Shown here: piece after piece, positions 1 to 12,525 of the stretch
Layout of the letters: each line of letters begins with the position of its first letter
Position numbering within the stretch: the stretch's first letter is position 1
Source: Microthyrium microscopicum
Lineage: Eukaryota
Assembly (NCBI GenBank): GCA_010405405.1
Contig: MU004231.1
Span: 2,061,860 to 2,125,859, forward strand
Direction: 5' to 3'
Length of the DNA: 64,000 bases
The notes under the pieces: generated by a model
What the model was told of the DNA's origin: nothing
The model's input: the letters and a program-made list of their open reading frames with translations, nothing else
Databases searched by the model: none
Translations under genes and position numbers: made by a program

Positions 1-836
1 TCATGCCACCATCCGGTCCTCGCTTGCCGGCACGTACCAGCCGCTTCTCGAGGTCCGGTCGCGTGCTGAGGTAGAATGTGGTATCTTTCATGCCCAGCGG
101 CTTGAAGATATGCTCCTCCATATATCCACCCAACGTCGTGTTATTCAACCGCCCGACCAAAATACCTGCCCAGTCGATACCACCACCATACACCCAGCCC
201 TCACCCGGATCGAAGAGCAGTGGTATATCATAAAGATGCTGCATGAATCCCTTCTTATCATCCGGAATGGGACCCACATCCTTGCGCCACGCGCGCAGTC
301 TTGAATCACCCCACTCATACGCAACGCCCGATGTATGCGTCAACAGCCTCCTCAGAGTAATCGGATTCTTGGCCGGACGCAAATTATACCCCTTCTCCGA
401 GTCATCAAGCGTAACGACCATTGGATTCTTGAATTCCGGTAAATGCGACTGTCCCAAATCCTCATCAAGATCGACCTGGCCGCGCTCGACGCAGCGCAGC
501 GCACATACGGAGGTGAGTAGTTTCGTGCAGCTGGCAATCCACATGATATCGTCATCTTTGATTGCTGGTGCATCTGGGAGGCGCGAATTGAAGCCGCATG
601 CTTTATGATAAAGTGATTTTCCTATAAGTCATACACATTAGCCAAAATGATATGCTATCACATAGATAGAATATACCGTTCTTGTCCACAGCAAGCAATA
701 CAAGACCAGGCGCGATATCAGCCTCGCGCTTAGTAGCCTCGGCCAAAATCGCTTCCCACTCGCTCGCAGATTCAGCCTGCCCGCCTTGCCCACCACCCAT
801 GATAGATTTCCAGTATTTCAAAATTGACTGAAACAT
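1..836 (-). CDS. Beta-lactamase/transpeptidase-family serine hydrolase (esterase/LovD-like), 3' end runs off window
   Basis: Exon 1 836-677, intron 676-622 (GTATAT..GCTAAT..TAG), exon 2 from 621 reads GKSLYHKACG..DIMWIASCTKLLTSVCAL (SxxK catalytic motif), ITLRRLLTHTSG, PLLFDPGEGWVYGGGIDWAG, YMEEHIFKPLGMKDT. Confidence 0.9.
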
Positions 837-2809
837 ATCGTTGATTCACAACTTTGGAGAAAGTTTGCAGCAAAAATGGCCAAGTGGACTAACTTCCCCA
901 TATATCAAGCAAGCAACAATCGGGCCGCGGATGATGGTTATTGCCGTTTGCTACATAGTTCATTCATTTGTAGTTGTGCAATAGGCAATTGCAGGACGCT
1001 AGTACCAAGAGCACGAATGAACTGCTTCAGTTGTAGATTAGCCTATCGAGCAAGACTGGGATGTCGTGCTGCTGCTATGAATTCGGAAGTGCCCTGGTTC
1101 AGCGGGGCTCGGATCAACTGTCAATTTGGGTGATTATCTACGAGCGATTGGAATGTGCGGGGCGGTTTGTTGAGATCAATTGGATCTTGTTGAGTTTGTG
1201 TTTTACGTGTTTCGATAGAGCGATGGAGGTTCAGCCTATCGAAAAACAGTAACACGGAAAAGCGTGCAAACAAAAAATAGTTCATGGTATAGTTACTATG
1301 CCACGTTCTTGGGGTCGAAACAAACTTCCGAAAAGATGGCTAGATTGCGCTAGTTATTGTGCTTTTTACTTCTTTTGGATATTGATTTTGCGTGTGAGCT
1401 ATTATCCCTATAAGACTTAAGGTTGACGATCAGGTCTTGTGGCTACAATCACCGCCCATTGGGACTGGGAAACAACAAGCAGGATCCAGACCCGGACTCT
1501 GTTCTCTGCATCAGGCAATTATACTGAGTCTTCTCATTGTAGGACTCGTCTGGTCTGAACTGGTAGGCATCAGGAATATTGCTCAACATCAAAAGCTTAG
1601 TGAAACACCAGACCACCAAACTGGCGTCCGCTTTTGGATACACAGGGAGTTTAAAAAGCTGGCGACAAGAATGAATCTCAGTGCCATTGACCTTCCAGAG
1701 TCAGGTTGGACAAAAGTCCAAACTTGCTCCTATTTCTGGTTGACTTCAAATTTCGCAGTCAGCAGGGTACCCGATCATGGACATGACCCAAGACACTGCA
1801 GGTTATGAAGGCCTCATTCTACACTTATTTCAAAGAGACCATCCTTTAGAGATGCGCACAATCTCCATGTCCTAGATTTAATGCAACACAGCTAAATAAG
1901 GGAGCCCAAGGGAGTTCAGCCAATGTACTAATCAGCTCATGCCGAGGACGGATGCAATCCCACCAGTTTCTCGCCTTGATTCATCAGCTCTGATAACCCC
2001 CAAGGGAGTCCAAGTCTATATCTGACAAATTCGAAGAACAATCAACGTCTCATTGCTACAAGTGCTTTCATCTTGCTTCGTTTTCGCACTGGAAATCTGT
2101 ATGGCAAAAGCCGATTTTCTGGTTGAGCAGATCCCGTCTCAAAGCCCAGGGACCAATCAGCGATCGATCCAACAAGTCTGGATGGATTTTCGGTGATTGA
2201 TACATTTCGATCAGCCTTTCTTTGGCTAAGTTGGCTTTGCAGGACTTTTAGTTTGTTAGCGTCTTCAGCTTTGTGTTCTTATCATGAAGTCGCTCATATC
2301 ATTGTCATGAACATGCGTAGTCCTTGGTGGTTCTCTTCAAGACTTCACGCAAAAAGACACATACCAGCGAGTAAGATATCAGATTCATCAAAGAAAGGAG
2401 CCGTCGTGATCATAGAAAGAGGCATTGGCGACATGATATTTCAAGCGCGTGGACTGGACACAGGTAACATTCTGATGTGGTGGACAATGGTAGGCAGCAA
2501 TTCGCGGGCGCATATCTCGGGTTATGAATGAAAATTCTGGCTTTTTCTTGCTTGAAAACGGCTGAAAGCATAGCCCAGCTACTGACCAGACCCCAAATGT
2601 ATCTTCTAAGCTCCTATCTGTATGTCGTCTTTGGCTCTGGGTTGGTCGAAAGTTGTTCCCTTGAGCGCCTAGAGAGCCATATTTAACTCTTCTAATTCCC
2701 TGCAATTTTAGGCATTCAATTTCGTTGTCAGCTTGTTGTATTAGTCACCATACTGTAGTATAATTCTTACGTTCTAGCTCTGCTCTTTCAAACGATCTGT
2801 TAGTACAAT

Positions 2810-3813
2810 ATGTCTACCACCAACACCGAGCACTACACCACAAAAGACCTATCCTCAGAAGAGGGCGGACTCAAACATGTCGACGACAGCTTATCAACCG
2901 AAGACCATCTCCAAGACATCCAACGAGCTAATTCCGTAAACATGTCACCAGAGTTGTTCGAAAAACTCTTCCTCTCACCACAAAACGCAATCAAAGGAGA
3001 CCTCCGCAAAACATTTGCAAATCCCACACCACTAGCTGTCCTTGGTCTTGTCATGGCACTTACACCCTTCTCCTGCGATGTCATGGGATGGCGGGGAGCT
3101 GGTGGTGATGGCGCAGCTTCTACCGGCGCGTACTACTTTATGGGAGGTCTGCTTATGATCATTGGGTCAATTGGGGAATGGATTATGGGTGAGCTCGCAA
3201 TTCTCGTTCCCCTCTTGGTGATACTTGCTAACAGTTGCAGGTAACACATACCCTTTCGTCCTATTCGGCGCCTATGGGGGATTCTGGCTTAGCTTTGCGG
3301 CCACGTTGACACCATCCCTTGGGGCTTATGGGCACTATGCGTCCTCATACAGCGATGCCAATCCATCAGCCGGGCTCGACGATCCAACCTTTGCTGCTTC
3401 TTTTGGTTTTTACCTTCTGGCTATGGCTGTGTTGTCCTTCATCTTCGCTGTGGGCACTCTTCGACTCAACATTTGCCTCATGGTTGTCGAATGGGGTTTG
3501 ACTATCTGCTTTGGTCTGCTTACTGCAACATTCTGGAATCTATCGCAAGGCAATGCAGCAGCAGCTGGGAAATGTCTCATCGTAAGTCTCCTTTCACTCC
3601 ATATGCCGGGACAGCAATTAGTTCCAGATTAATCACGAACTGACTTCATCGCTCTAGGCCGGAGGAGCGTTCGGGTTTATCGCTTCTGCAGGTGCTTGGT
3701 GGATATTGGCAGCTCAAATACTTGCGGCAGTTCAGTTTCCGATTAGTCTTCCGGTCGGTGATATGAGTTCTGTATTCCCTGCAGCGAGAGTGAAGGAAGA
3801 TAACTTGGTCTAA
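2810..3813 (+). CDS. GPR1/FUN34/YaaH (Ato/AcpA/AlcS-like) acetate/ammonia transporter
   Basis: Exons 2810-3188, 3241-3581, 3658-3813 with canonical introns; ELFEKLFLSP, FANPTPLAVLG (NPAPLGL signature), GNTYPFVLFGAYGGFW, C-terminal LPVGDMS; about six hydrophobic segments. Confidence 0.92.
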
Positions 3814-4070
3814 GGGTAGAAAAACCGTTGTTATGATCTCAGTAAAAGATGGATAGGTTCACAGCTACTAGATAGGAGTTCAGCAGCGTGTAGAGATGTC
3901 ATAATGCACAAAATAAGCAGCCACCACATCTGTCTCGACAGTCATATTTTTTCACTGTTCAAGCCAAATGTGTGACTCTTTTGTAGTCCACAATAAAGCT
4001 TCCAAAGAAAAGACAGGATAAGTCCAGTTCTCACCTTAGCATTCGACAGTAAACCAGTTCCTAGAGACAC

Positions 4071-4880
4071 CTAAACCTCTTCCCATTCTCCTCGTTCATA
4101 GTTCAAGACTTTGAATCGAAATGGAGCAGAGCTAATTAAGTGCCTCATTGCTATTATTGGTTCGTCCTCTTTAGGTGGAAATCGGACTTCCCTCCAAGCC
4201 CGTGACTCCCACGGTTCGTTTAGTTTCCATTTGAACAGATCAAAGGTTTTACAGTTTTGGATCACGAAAAACGCGTTCAGGTAGGTCATTGAGGCTTCCA
4301 AGTACCAAGAAACAAGTTTCAAGTCGATACGTAAATCTCTGATACTTGGGAAACAACTCAAGATTGATGCGGAAAGCCATGGCTCTCGAGTTTTTTCGGG
4401 CTGTTGATGAGCTGCGGATTCTCCCGGAACGCTTTCAGCATATCAAAGTCCAGGTATATGGACCTAACGAATTGCAGTTTAGTAGGTGTGAAAGAACTTG
4501 ACCAGTCATGTAAGTTGTGGAAATGGTGGAATGTGAAAGTATTTGAAGAGTAGAGAATTGGAAGGGTCTCTTGGTAGCTGCCACGCTTGGCTGGCTATTT
4601 CGATTGAACAAGATACATGGGATTCTTACATTCTGCGACAGGACTGAAGCAGCGGTAAGATATTTTGACGGATCTGAGACTTGTAGCTGGGTGACTCGTA
4701 GATCGGGGTACACAAGTGACATCGAGTGCGTAATATCCTACAATGCATCCTTACTTCCCTTCCCCAGACGCATGCTGGTATTTCAAGGCACAATGAGACC
4801 CTTTGAAGAAGTTGACATGCTGTATCTTGGCTCAGCTGGTCATGACCAAATTGACCCACTTTTGGAAAGGGTTGTATCAT
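4071..4880 (-). pseudogene. Probable decayed fungal hypothetical gene (LLQSCRRIYQE..LYSSNTF type), frameshifted
   Basis: Splicing 4629-4578 gives ILPLLQSCRRIYQETLPILYSSNTFTF, a motif common in fungal F-box-associated hypotheticals. This frame stops at ~4360, while another frame continues EPWLSASILSCFPSIRDLRIDL..EEV* (4071); adding one base near the A6 run at 4391-4396 joins them. Little room for a 5' end because the upstream gene ends at ~4975. Confidence 0.5.
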
Positions 4881-4974
4881 TATCTCATGTCTGATCAGTC
4901 ACTGCGAGAAACAATCGATTGCTATGATCACTTGTACTCCGTGAACATAAGATGGGAGATTAGTGGAATAGTTG

Positions 4975-5910
4975 TCAGCGACTCAATGGATGTACAAAGT
5001 TCTTAAGTAAGAATTGAACCACCATGCTTGTTCTTAGATTGGATTATCTGCCGCAATAAGAGGAAATGAACCCCAACTAACCAGCGCTTTGTTTGCGCTC
5101 TTGAGTATGGAGTCGTAGTCCTTTTCCATCGATTTCTCGACATTGGGAAAATTTACCAGTGAAAGTTTGAGATAGTGTGCAATCTCCTGACCGCATGTTA
5201 GCAGCTAGACTGAACTAAAGGCTAAAGGAGCTTGCACTGAAAATAATTGAAGCAGACATCAGGACGAATAGACAACAATAGCGAGGGAGTGAAGATTTTC
5301 GGAATAGTCACTTACATTAGATGTTCCGAACAGATCGTAGGTTGTTTGGAACATAGTCTGATTCGCATAATCTCTCAGATCCTGGGTACTTAGACCCGGG
5401 CTCGTGGAGCTTATCTTCTTGTAGTATTTATTGTATGTATCGGCAATAAGTGCCGTTGATTTGTCGACTATGTTGGCGTACTACATTGAATGATCAGTAT
5501 CATCTAGGGACTTAGGCTTAAAAACAAACTTACATCACTGAATGCTTTGCCAATTGCTTTGGCATCGTTGGTGCTGTTGGCTACAAGAGGCTTTTGGGAA
5601 CCCGTGGTTAAGAAAGCGAAATGTTCTGCCCGACTCCAATGACCCGTATCCACGCTGAGCATCTAGCAATTGTCAGTCTAACCAGCCAGTTCTACTCGAG
5701 ATGGCATGAACATACATTCCAAGGGCTTTGTGGACCATCATCGAAGAATACGTTCGAGGCATTCAAAAGTTTTACTGCAGCTTCAATATTGGCACCGTCT
5801 TCGGCATTGACCACCGCTGTAACGACTTCTGCCGGCGTGGTTGGGACCGCTGTCGCCAAAGAAGCAAAGAACGTAAGGAGCAAAGCAAACGTAGAGACGT
5901 GGAAGCGCAT
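4975..5910 (-). CDS. Secreted protein (~206 aa, 5 exons), possibly UVI-1-like
   Basis: Signal peptide MRFHVSTFALLLTFFASLATA; exons 5910-5716, 5662-5534, 5480-5316, 5186-5082, 5001-4975 joined by phase-0 GT..AG introns give an open frame (last exon least certain); TPAEVV and DAKAIGKAFSDYA recall UVI-1-type proteins (inference). Confidence 0.7.
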
Positions 5911-6426
5911 CGTGAAGCAGTTCGTTATATTTTCTGGAAGATATGTTGTAAAAGATCAAGAAGATTTGTCTGAACCAGAGAAAGGCAAAGAGTGATTGTC
6001 ATGAGAAATGAAGCAGCCACAACAGGAAACAAGATCTTATTATAATTGACATCTTGAATGAGCTTTTCAAAACACGGGCTGATAAAATGTGGCTTGGGCT
6101 GAGCGACCATGCGATGTCAGTGTGTCACCCTGAGCCTTGAGGTAGTGAACTCACTTGGCATTCGGATTCAAATGTATAGTAGCCGCAACCAGGGATGTAC
6201 TAACAGCTGTAGACAGTCAGGTACATGATAAAGATTGCTACAACATGCCCATATGTGGAGACTTGGCTAATATAATTCTGACGAATTGGTATTGTTGAGA
6301 GAGCATTCTAGGTGTAAGGGATGAGAGCAAAGTCTGATAGAATCATAGAAAGCCAGCTACGTATTCCCCCTGCGTAGAGATTACCTAGCTCGCGATCAAT
6401 CGTGTTGGGCGTTCTATTCTCTCGTA

Positions 6427-6651
6427 CAGTGCTGTCGGGGACCTGCTTATCCCCCCCCAAAATTGTTGACAAGAAAAGTCAAGAGCTGGTTGGCTGAGCG
6501 GTAAGCCATATCGTCTACATCAGGCTTAGCCTACTGGTTTTATTGTTTACACCAATAGTATTTGCTTAAGGCTTGAGTCAAAGCCAATCACATCGTGAAT
6601 AGGTACTTCACGATTTTAGGGGGGGGGATAAGCAGGTCCCCGACAGCACTG
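6427..6651. mobile_element. MITE, Tc1/mariner-type, 225 bp
   Basis: Terminal inverted repeats CAGTGCTGTCGGGGACCTGCTTATCCCCCCCC at 6427 and its reverse complement ending at 6651; flanked by TA at 6425-6426 and 6652-6653; no transposase ORF. Confidence 0.92.
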
Positions 6652-8011
6652 TATCGCGAGTCTAGAGCATTCTTAAATGACAAGTTGTTGGAAGAACGCG
6701 TCCACAGCGTTTGTTGTAAGCTCCGGCTAAGCCTAGGCTAGCTAGGCTAGTTCCATTTAGCTGAGGCTCTTTTGTATGCTTTCTCAGCCCTGCCTTCAAA
6801 ACTAGACGTCCGCTTTGGGTCCTGACTCCTTGCAACAACTTAACAACTAAATCTTTCTTGGTTGGAAGATCTTTCCTGGAGAAGCTGGCTTTTTCCAGAA
6901 TTTTCGAGTGTTGCAATGAATAGTATAGTAGGTCCCACAGAGCTCTGCAGTGACTGCGAGTTTCTGGCTCTTCCAGAAGCAATGAATATATGAACCGGTG
7001 CATAACAATTGTCCTTCACGTACGGCCATAGGTCGAAGAATACAAGGCGTCCCGTCCGCTCCGCCCTATTTAAGCTTCGAACCGGTAGATTAGTATTGCG
7101 GTGGGTGACCACGTGAGAATCCCTACTGCTGTACGTTTTTTTTGCACTTCGTGGGTCTGGAGGAGTGAACAATTCTAGTTGCCGGCGGGTGGGAAGATAT
7201 CAGCTTAAGTAGACTTTTTTTTGAGCACTCGTATTGCTGTGCCGCAACGTACAGTCATTGAATCCTTCAGAACAGGCACCCTTGTTGAGGATCAATGCTA
7301 TCAAGATAATTAGCACTACCGTTAATATACCCGGCAACTATTTGACAAATAAACTTCTGTCCACCATGAAAGATATCAATATTAAAGGTCGCTCTGTATT
7401 AAGCAATATCTAAGAAATCAGTTCGCTAGAACATAACACGCTAGCAGCGTTGAAAGAGCATCAATTGATTCGTACATGTCAGACTTCTTCCACCCCTGCC
7501 AGAAATGCCCCTAGTTAATTCTCCTCCCCCTGTGCCCGTTGTTTTGTGAAACTTGCCGCCTTGTTTCTACAGGTAGCTTCCTATCTACGAGGTATAATAC
7601 CAATGCCTACTAGGCATGGTTATTGATCTCATCCTTCCTGGACTTAAGGAAGCTGGGTTTAGCTCCTGGCTATATCTAAGCATACCGGTGTCTGTGCCAT
7701 CGTCCAGTCTACACGATTCAGCAACAATTTCTTTATCTAGAGAGAGCTTGACTGCTAACTTAGTAGTAGCCAGTGATCATTCTCTTAGTCGGCTCATCTC
7801 ACACTGCGCAATTTTCTCTCACCAGTATTTCTCAATGATTGGGTTGGAAGTTTGGTACATTACTAAATACAGTACTGAACCCCATTCAGATCCCCAAATA
7901 CCAATCATGGGCCCGACTTGTAAACCCCGCACCGAACATCTCGAGAATCGAAAACGATACAGCTTTATTGTTACCTAGCAAGAGTCGGTCAAAAAGCCCG
8001 TTGCGTTGACC

Positions 8012-8472
8012 TCAGATCGGATCAAGATTATAGTTGCTCTTTGGGAGACCACAAACAGCATTAGGGTCCTTTTTGAATCCGTTACGCTTCCGTTCCTCGT
8101 GCGCTTGCTTTACCTCCTCTATTTTTTGCCTTGATGGTGGCTTGAATCGAAATTCGTCCGGTGGGTTGAACATGTCCTGATCAGAAACGCCACGCCCATC
8201 TACACCTCTAAATGCGTCTTCTTTAGCTTGACTGAATGGCAAGCGATCCAAGTACTCTTTAATCTGTGCGTTTGAAAGGCGTACAGCGTCAAGAACCTCC
8301 AGTGTTTCTGACTGATATATACGGTACACACCATCACAAGCAAGGTGAGACAAGTCGTGGTGGTTGAGATCACGCTTGAGTGATTGGCATATCGACTTTA
8401 GGGTTCGTGTCTAAAGCAGTGTTAGCTGACATGAATGAGGCCCTCTTAACTGTGGCATACTTCTTCCGACAT
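8012..8472 (-). CDS. Small conserved fungal hypothetical protein (SHL..DGV.R / FRGVDGR type), possibly frameshifted at the 5' end
   Basis: ORF 8012-8353 SHLACDGVYRIY..VLDAVRLSNAQIKEYLDRLPF..FRGVDGRGV; upstream mini-exon MSEE (8472-8461) with GTATGC donor and GCTAAC..TAG acceptor, but that splice is out of frame by one base. Confidence 0.6.
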
Positions 8473-9462
8473 ATCTTCTGGGGATGGAACCGGATGGTAT
8501 GGCGAAGAAGGTAGGATTGAGGATTGAGGTTTGATCTGATTTAGGACAACTAGATGGGGAAGATAAAAGAGATAGGAGTAGGTAAAAAACCCCACACTCG
8601 ACCAAGAGAGTACATCAGGCAGAACGGCTCACAAGCAGTGGCAAATACCTTGTTTTCTTCCAATAATGAGGCTGATCACCAGAGTTGACTGTCACCAATG
8701 CCACCATTAGGTACCCTGCAATCGATCGCCTCACCTTGCAGGTCAGGTCTCTTTGATTGGTTATTATGCCTACCTAATGAGACTGTCACTGCTACAGCCG
8801 GATACTTGGTCAAGATCGGAAAACACATATATTCATTCAGGAATCGGATAAACAAGGGTCTATAGATATGAGAATCCAACGACAGCGACATATATCCACT
8901 AGATTCAATATTGGCAGGCGACCTTTTGACAACTACTTAGCTGCAGTATTCTCGCGAACTCCTCAGATACACCTCATCAGCACAATGTATTCGATCAGTC
9001 GCCTCCAACCCGTCCTTTCACCTTCTCGCCATGCGTGGCTAGAAGTCATTACAGATTCCCGGCTGGTCAGATTCACCATCATAGGTACAACTTTCACAAC
9101 CATTGTCAACGCATGTAGCATGATCCCAGTATCCAATAGTCGATCAATCCACCCGTTTTTGTAATTTCTTAATAACATCATTAATGTCGTACTTCTTAGA
9201 CATGTCGTCTCGTCGACTCATGCTGCTTCTGTCTTGGGTACTCCAGCAAAAACCACATGCATAATACGGCAATCTTGGAAAGTTCGCATATTGCAAACTA
9301 CTTTGTAGTAATATCAAGCAGGTGTGAACTTTGAATTTGCTGAATTCGTAGTGAGGGAAAAGTTGATCAAAAATTCAGAATACGTGAGATGGCTTGGTAT
9401 AAGGCTGAGATTTCAGAGGAGTGAAGTTAGGAGAGGGGCTTCAGCCTCGCGAAGAGTGGGGG

Positions 9463-10051
9463 TATGACGGCGCATTACCGCCAACCCCGCTCAAGTTAAG
9501 AACTTCTAAACTTCTAAACTTCTAAAGTATTCTGCGAGCATAAGGTACACCGCTCTACCTTCAATATAGCATTTCTAAAATTTCTAAAGAAGCTAAAAGA
9601 TTAAGTAAAGAAAATAGCATCTTTTAACTTCTTTAGATTTTTTATTAAAAGCTTCTTAGCTACTAAATTTAAATAGTTTATTTAGCTAATTCTAAAGTAT
9701 ATTTTCTTTTATTAAAAGTATATCTACTAAATTAAGTAGGCCTATTTTAATCTAATCTAATCTTGCTAGATCTATAATTTTCTAATTAATGAAGCTTAAT
9801 AAGAGTAGTTACTAAATTAGTAAGTACTTACTAAACCTACATAACTACTTATACTTTAATAAAAAATGCAAAAAAGCTAAAAGATGCTACTCCTTTTATT
9901 TAATCTTTTGGCTTCTTTAGAAGCATTAGAACTATTATATTAGAGGTAGAAATGCGTGTTTTATGTGCTTGTAGATAACTCTGGAACTTTAGAAGTTTAG
10001 AAGTTTAGAAGTTCTTATCTTGAGCGAGGTTGGCGGTAATGCGCCGTCATA
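9463..10051. mobile_element. Non-autonomous long-TIR DNA transposon (589 bp), RIP-like decay
   Basis: Ends TATGACGGCGCATTACCGCCAACC.. / ..GGTTGGCGGTAATGCGCCGTCATA; inverted similarity extends ~190 bp (9463-~9652 vs ~9854-10051); subterminal (AACTTCTA)x3 in both arms; direct repeat GTGGGGG at 9456-9462 and 10052-10058; very AT/TpA-rich interior. Confidence 0.92.
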
Positions 10052-10816
10052 GTGGGGGCTATTGATTGTCTCCAGCCACAAAATATCAAAGGACTCCTGT
10101 AAATCAGTTGAACAGTCGCTTAGAATTACCGTCATGTAATGTAGTATTTTGATAATGCTAGATTATTCAAATGTCCAGTTGTTCATTGAAAGAAATATTT
10201 CAAAAAAGCTCTTTCTGTTGGAAATCAACAACCGACAAACACATCGAACCTGTTCTGATACTCCAATCAAACCCGCAGAGCGCCCATTACTCGCGGAAAC
10301 AAGCGCTTTTGGAAATAATTCCCCAGCTTGCGCTCGGAAAAGACGGCAGTCTAGGACTTATGTACTCAACGGGTGTGGCGTTCGAGCCATGGAGTGTCCA
10401 ACCAATAGCATACGCTCCTTGATCATGCTTTTCTGTGAACCTTCGTCCTCCCCAGACTTGGTCGCGTCCACTGTCCCAAAATAAAGCACGATCGGACTGG
10501 CGGCATCAAGTGATTCGGTGAGCTTCATGACAAGCTTTGACGGGCGGGAGTATGCGAGTCTAACCATGCTCCTCCTGCTGTCTCAGGGATGTTGGAATCC
10601 GACAGCGGCAGTTGGCGATTGCATAACTGTCGATAGCGGGACTCGTTTTGAGGGGCAAGGAGATGATTCAAGGTGATAATTTCTTGCAAAATAAAAGTCT
10701 GTTCCAGGCTTTGCTTTCAAGTTCACTGGAAGTTTATCGAATCTTCACTAAATGAAAATCAACACATGTTGAGCATACGTTTGTGATAGATTCACCACTT
10801 CGCGAAACACGATTTC

Positions 10817-12525
10817 ATGATGGACAGCTTCAAATCAAAAGAAGTGACGGTGGACACCGAAAAACATTCCTTGCATCCGTCATCTATCATGGAATCGCCC
10901 AAAGAAGCTGGAAATATGCAAAAGCAATCGCCGAAGAACTATCCAGAATCTGTAGCGTCCTCCATTCACGCATACGAAAAAGTTCCTCGACATCTCCGCC
11001 GCGGGCTTCTTGGGCGCTTCTCTCTAGTCCCAGAGACACCGACTCCAATATATTACCCAAGAAGTACTAAATGGCTTATCACTGCGACTGTTGCTTTAGG
11101 AGCTGCTGCCGCGCCAATGGGTTCTGCTAGCATCATGCCAGCGCTGCCAGACGTTCAAAGAGAGTTTGGGGTCAGTGCCACCGAAACAAATCTCGCGGTA
11201 GCTCTTTATATGCTTAGCATGTCTATATTTCCTCTCTGGTGGTCTACGTTCTCCGAGATATTTGGTCGCAGGACGATTTACGTCATCTCCTTCCTTTTCT
11301 TCGACCTCTTCGCGATCCTTTCCGCTGTTTCGAAAAACATGCCCATGTTGATAGTCATGCGCATGCTCAGCGGTGGTGGTGCGGCCAGTGTACAAGCCGT
11401 GGGAGCTGGGACCATTGCTGATATCTGGGAGCCCAAGGAACGAGGAAAGGCCATGGGCATCTATTACCTGGGTCCACTTTGTGGGCCGCTGATTGCACCC
11501 ATCATTGGCGGAGCTCTCACCAATTCGTTTGGTTGGCGATCAACTCAATGGTTTCTTGTCGCCTGGGGCGGCGCAATCACTATTGGGCTCGTCTTCATGC
11601 TTCCAGAGACGTTGACTGCCCGGAAAGCTTTGCCTGGTACCAGTGAAGTACGCGAAATCGACAAAGAGTTGGGAGAAGGAAACAAGACATCGGCGCTGAG
11701 TCGGGTGGTCTCAACACACAGCGTCAAGAATAAGAGCAGATCTTTCACGAAAGTTGTCAAGAGCTGCATTATTGATCCACTCAAGATCATTGCCCTATTG
11801 AGGTTTCCAGCAGTGTTCCTGACTGTGTTTTACGCCTCAATCACTTTTGGCAGTCTATACACACTGAACATCAGCATTGAGTCCACTTTCTCTAAACCGC
11901 CTTACAATTACTCGACCCTGATTGTTGGACTGTTATATTTGCCCAACTCAGTCGGCTATTTTTTCGGATCAATCTTTGGAGGTAGATGGCTTGATCATAT
12001 CATGAAGCGAGAAGCACGAAAAGCTGGCCGCATTGATGACAAGGGAAAATTGATTCTGCTACCAGAAGACCGAATGCGAGAGAATGCATGGCTGGCCGGC
12101 ATTGTCTTTCCTGCGGCCTTGATCTGGTACGGCTGGAGTGCAGAAAAAGGAGTAAATCTAGCGGTCCCAGTAAGCTTACTTTTTATAATACTCACGGAAT
12201 GAGCACTAATCAGTAACAGATGGTTGCCAATTTCTTCTTTGGCCTCGGTAGCATGATGATCTTTGCCATGGCCACGACAATGTTGACTGAGTTTATGACC
12301 CGCAAGGCCAGTACAGGAATCGCAGTGAATAATTTCGTCCGCAATATCTTCTCATGCGTAGGTGGAGTGGTTGCAGCCCCTTTGATAAATGCCATTGGAA
12401 ATGGCTGGCTTTTCACAATCCTGGGATTAGTTGCGCTTGTCACTGGCTTTGTGACTATCTTCCTAATGAAAAAGTATGGGCCGAGATGGAGAAAGGTCAT
12501 GGATGAGAAACTGTTAGACTTTTAG
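10817..12525 (+). CDS. MFS transporter, DHA1 drug:H+ antiporter family (Dtr1/Qdr-like)
   Basis: Exons 10817-12169, 12220-12525; SEIFGRRTIY (motif A), GAGTIADIWEPKERGKAMGIYYLGPLCGPLIAPIIGG, FGWRSTQW, PEDRM; about 12 TM segments. Confidence 0.95.

Noticed and set aside
1905..2009. CCCAAGGGAGT repeated twice upstream of the acetate transporter
   Set aside because: Could be a binding site but only two short copies; cannot be supported from sequence alone
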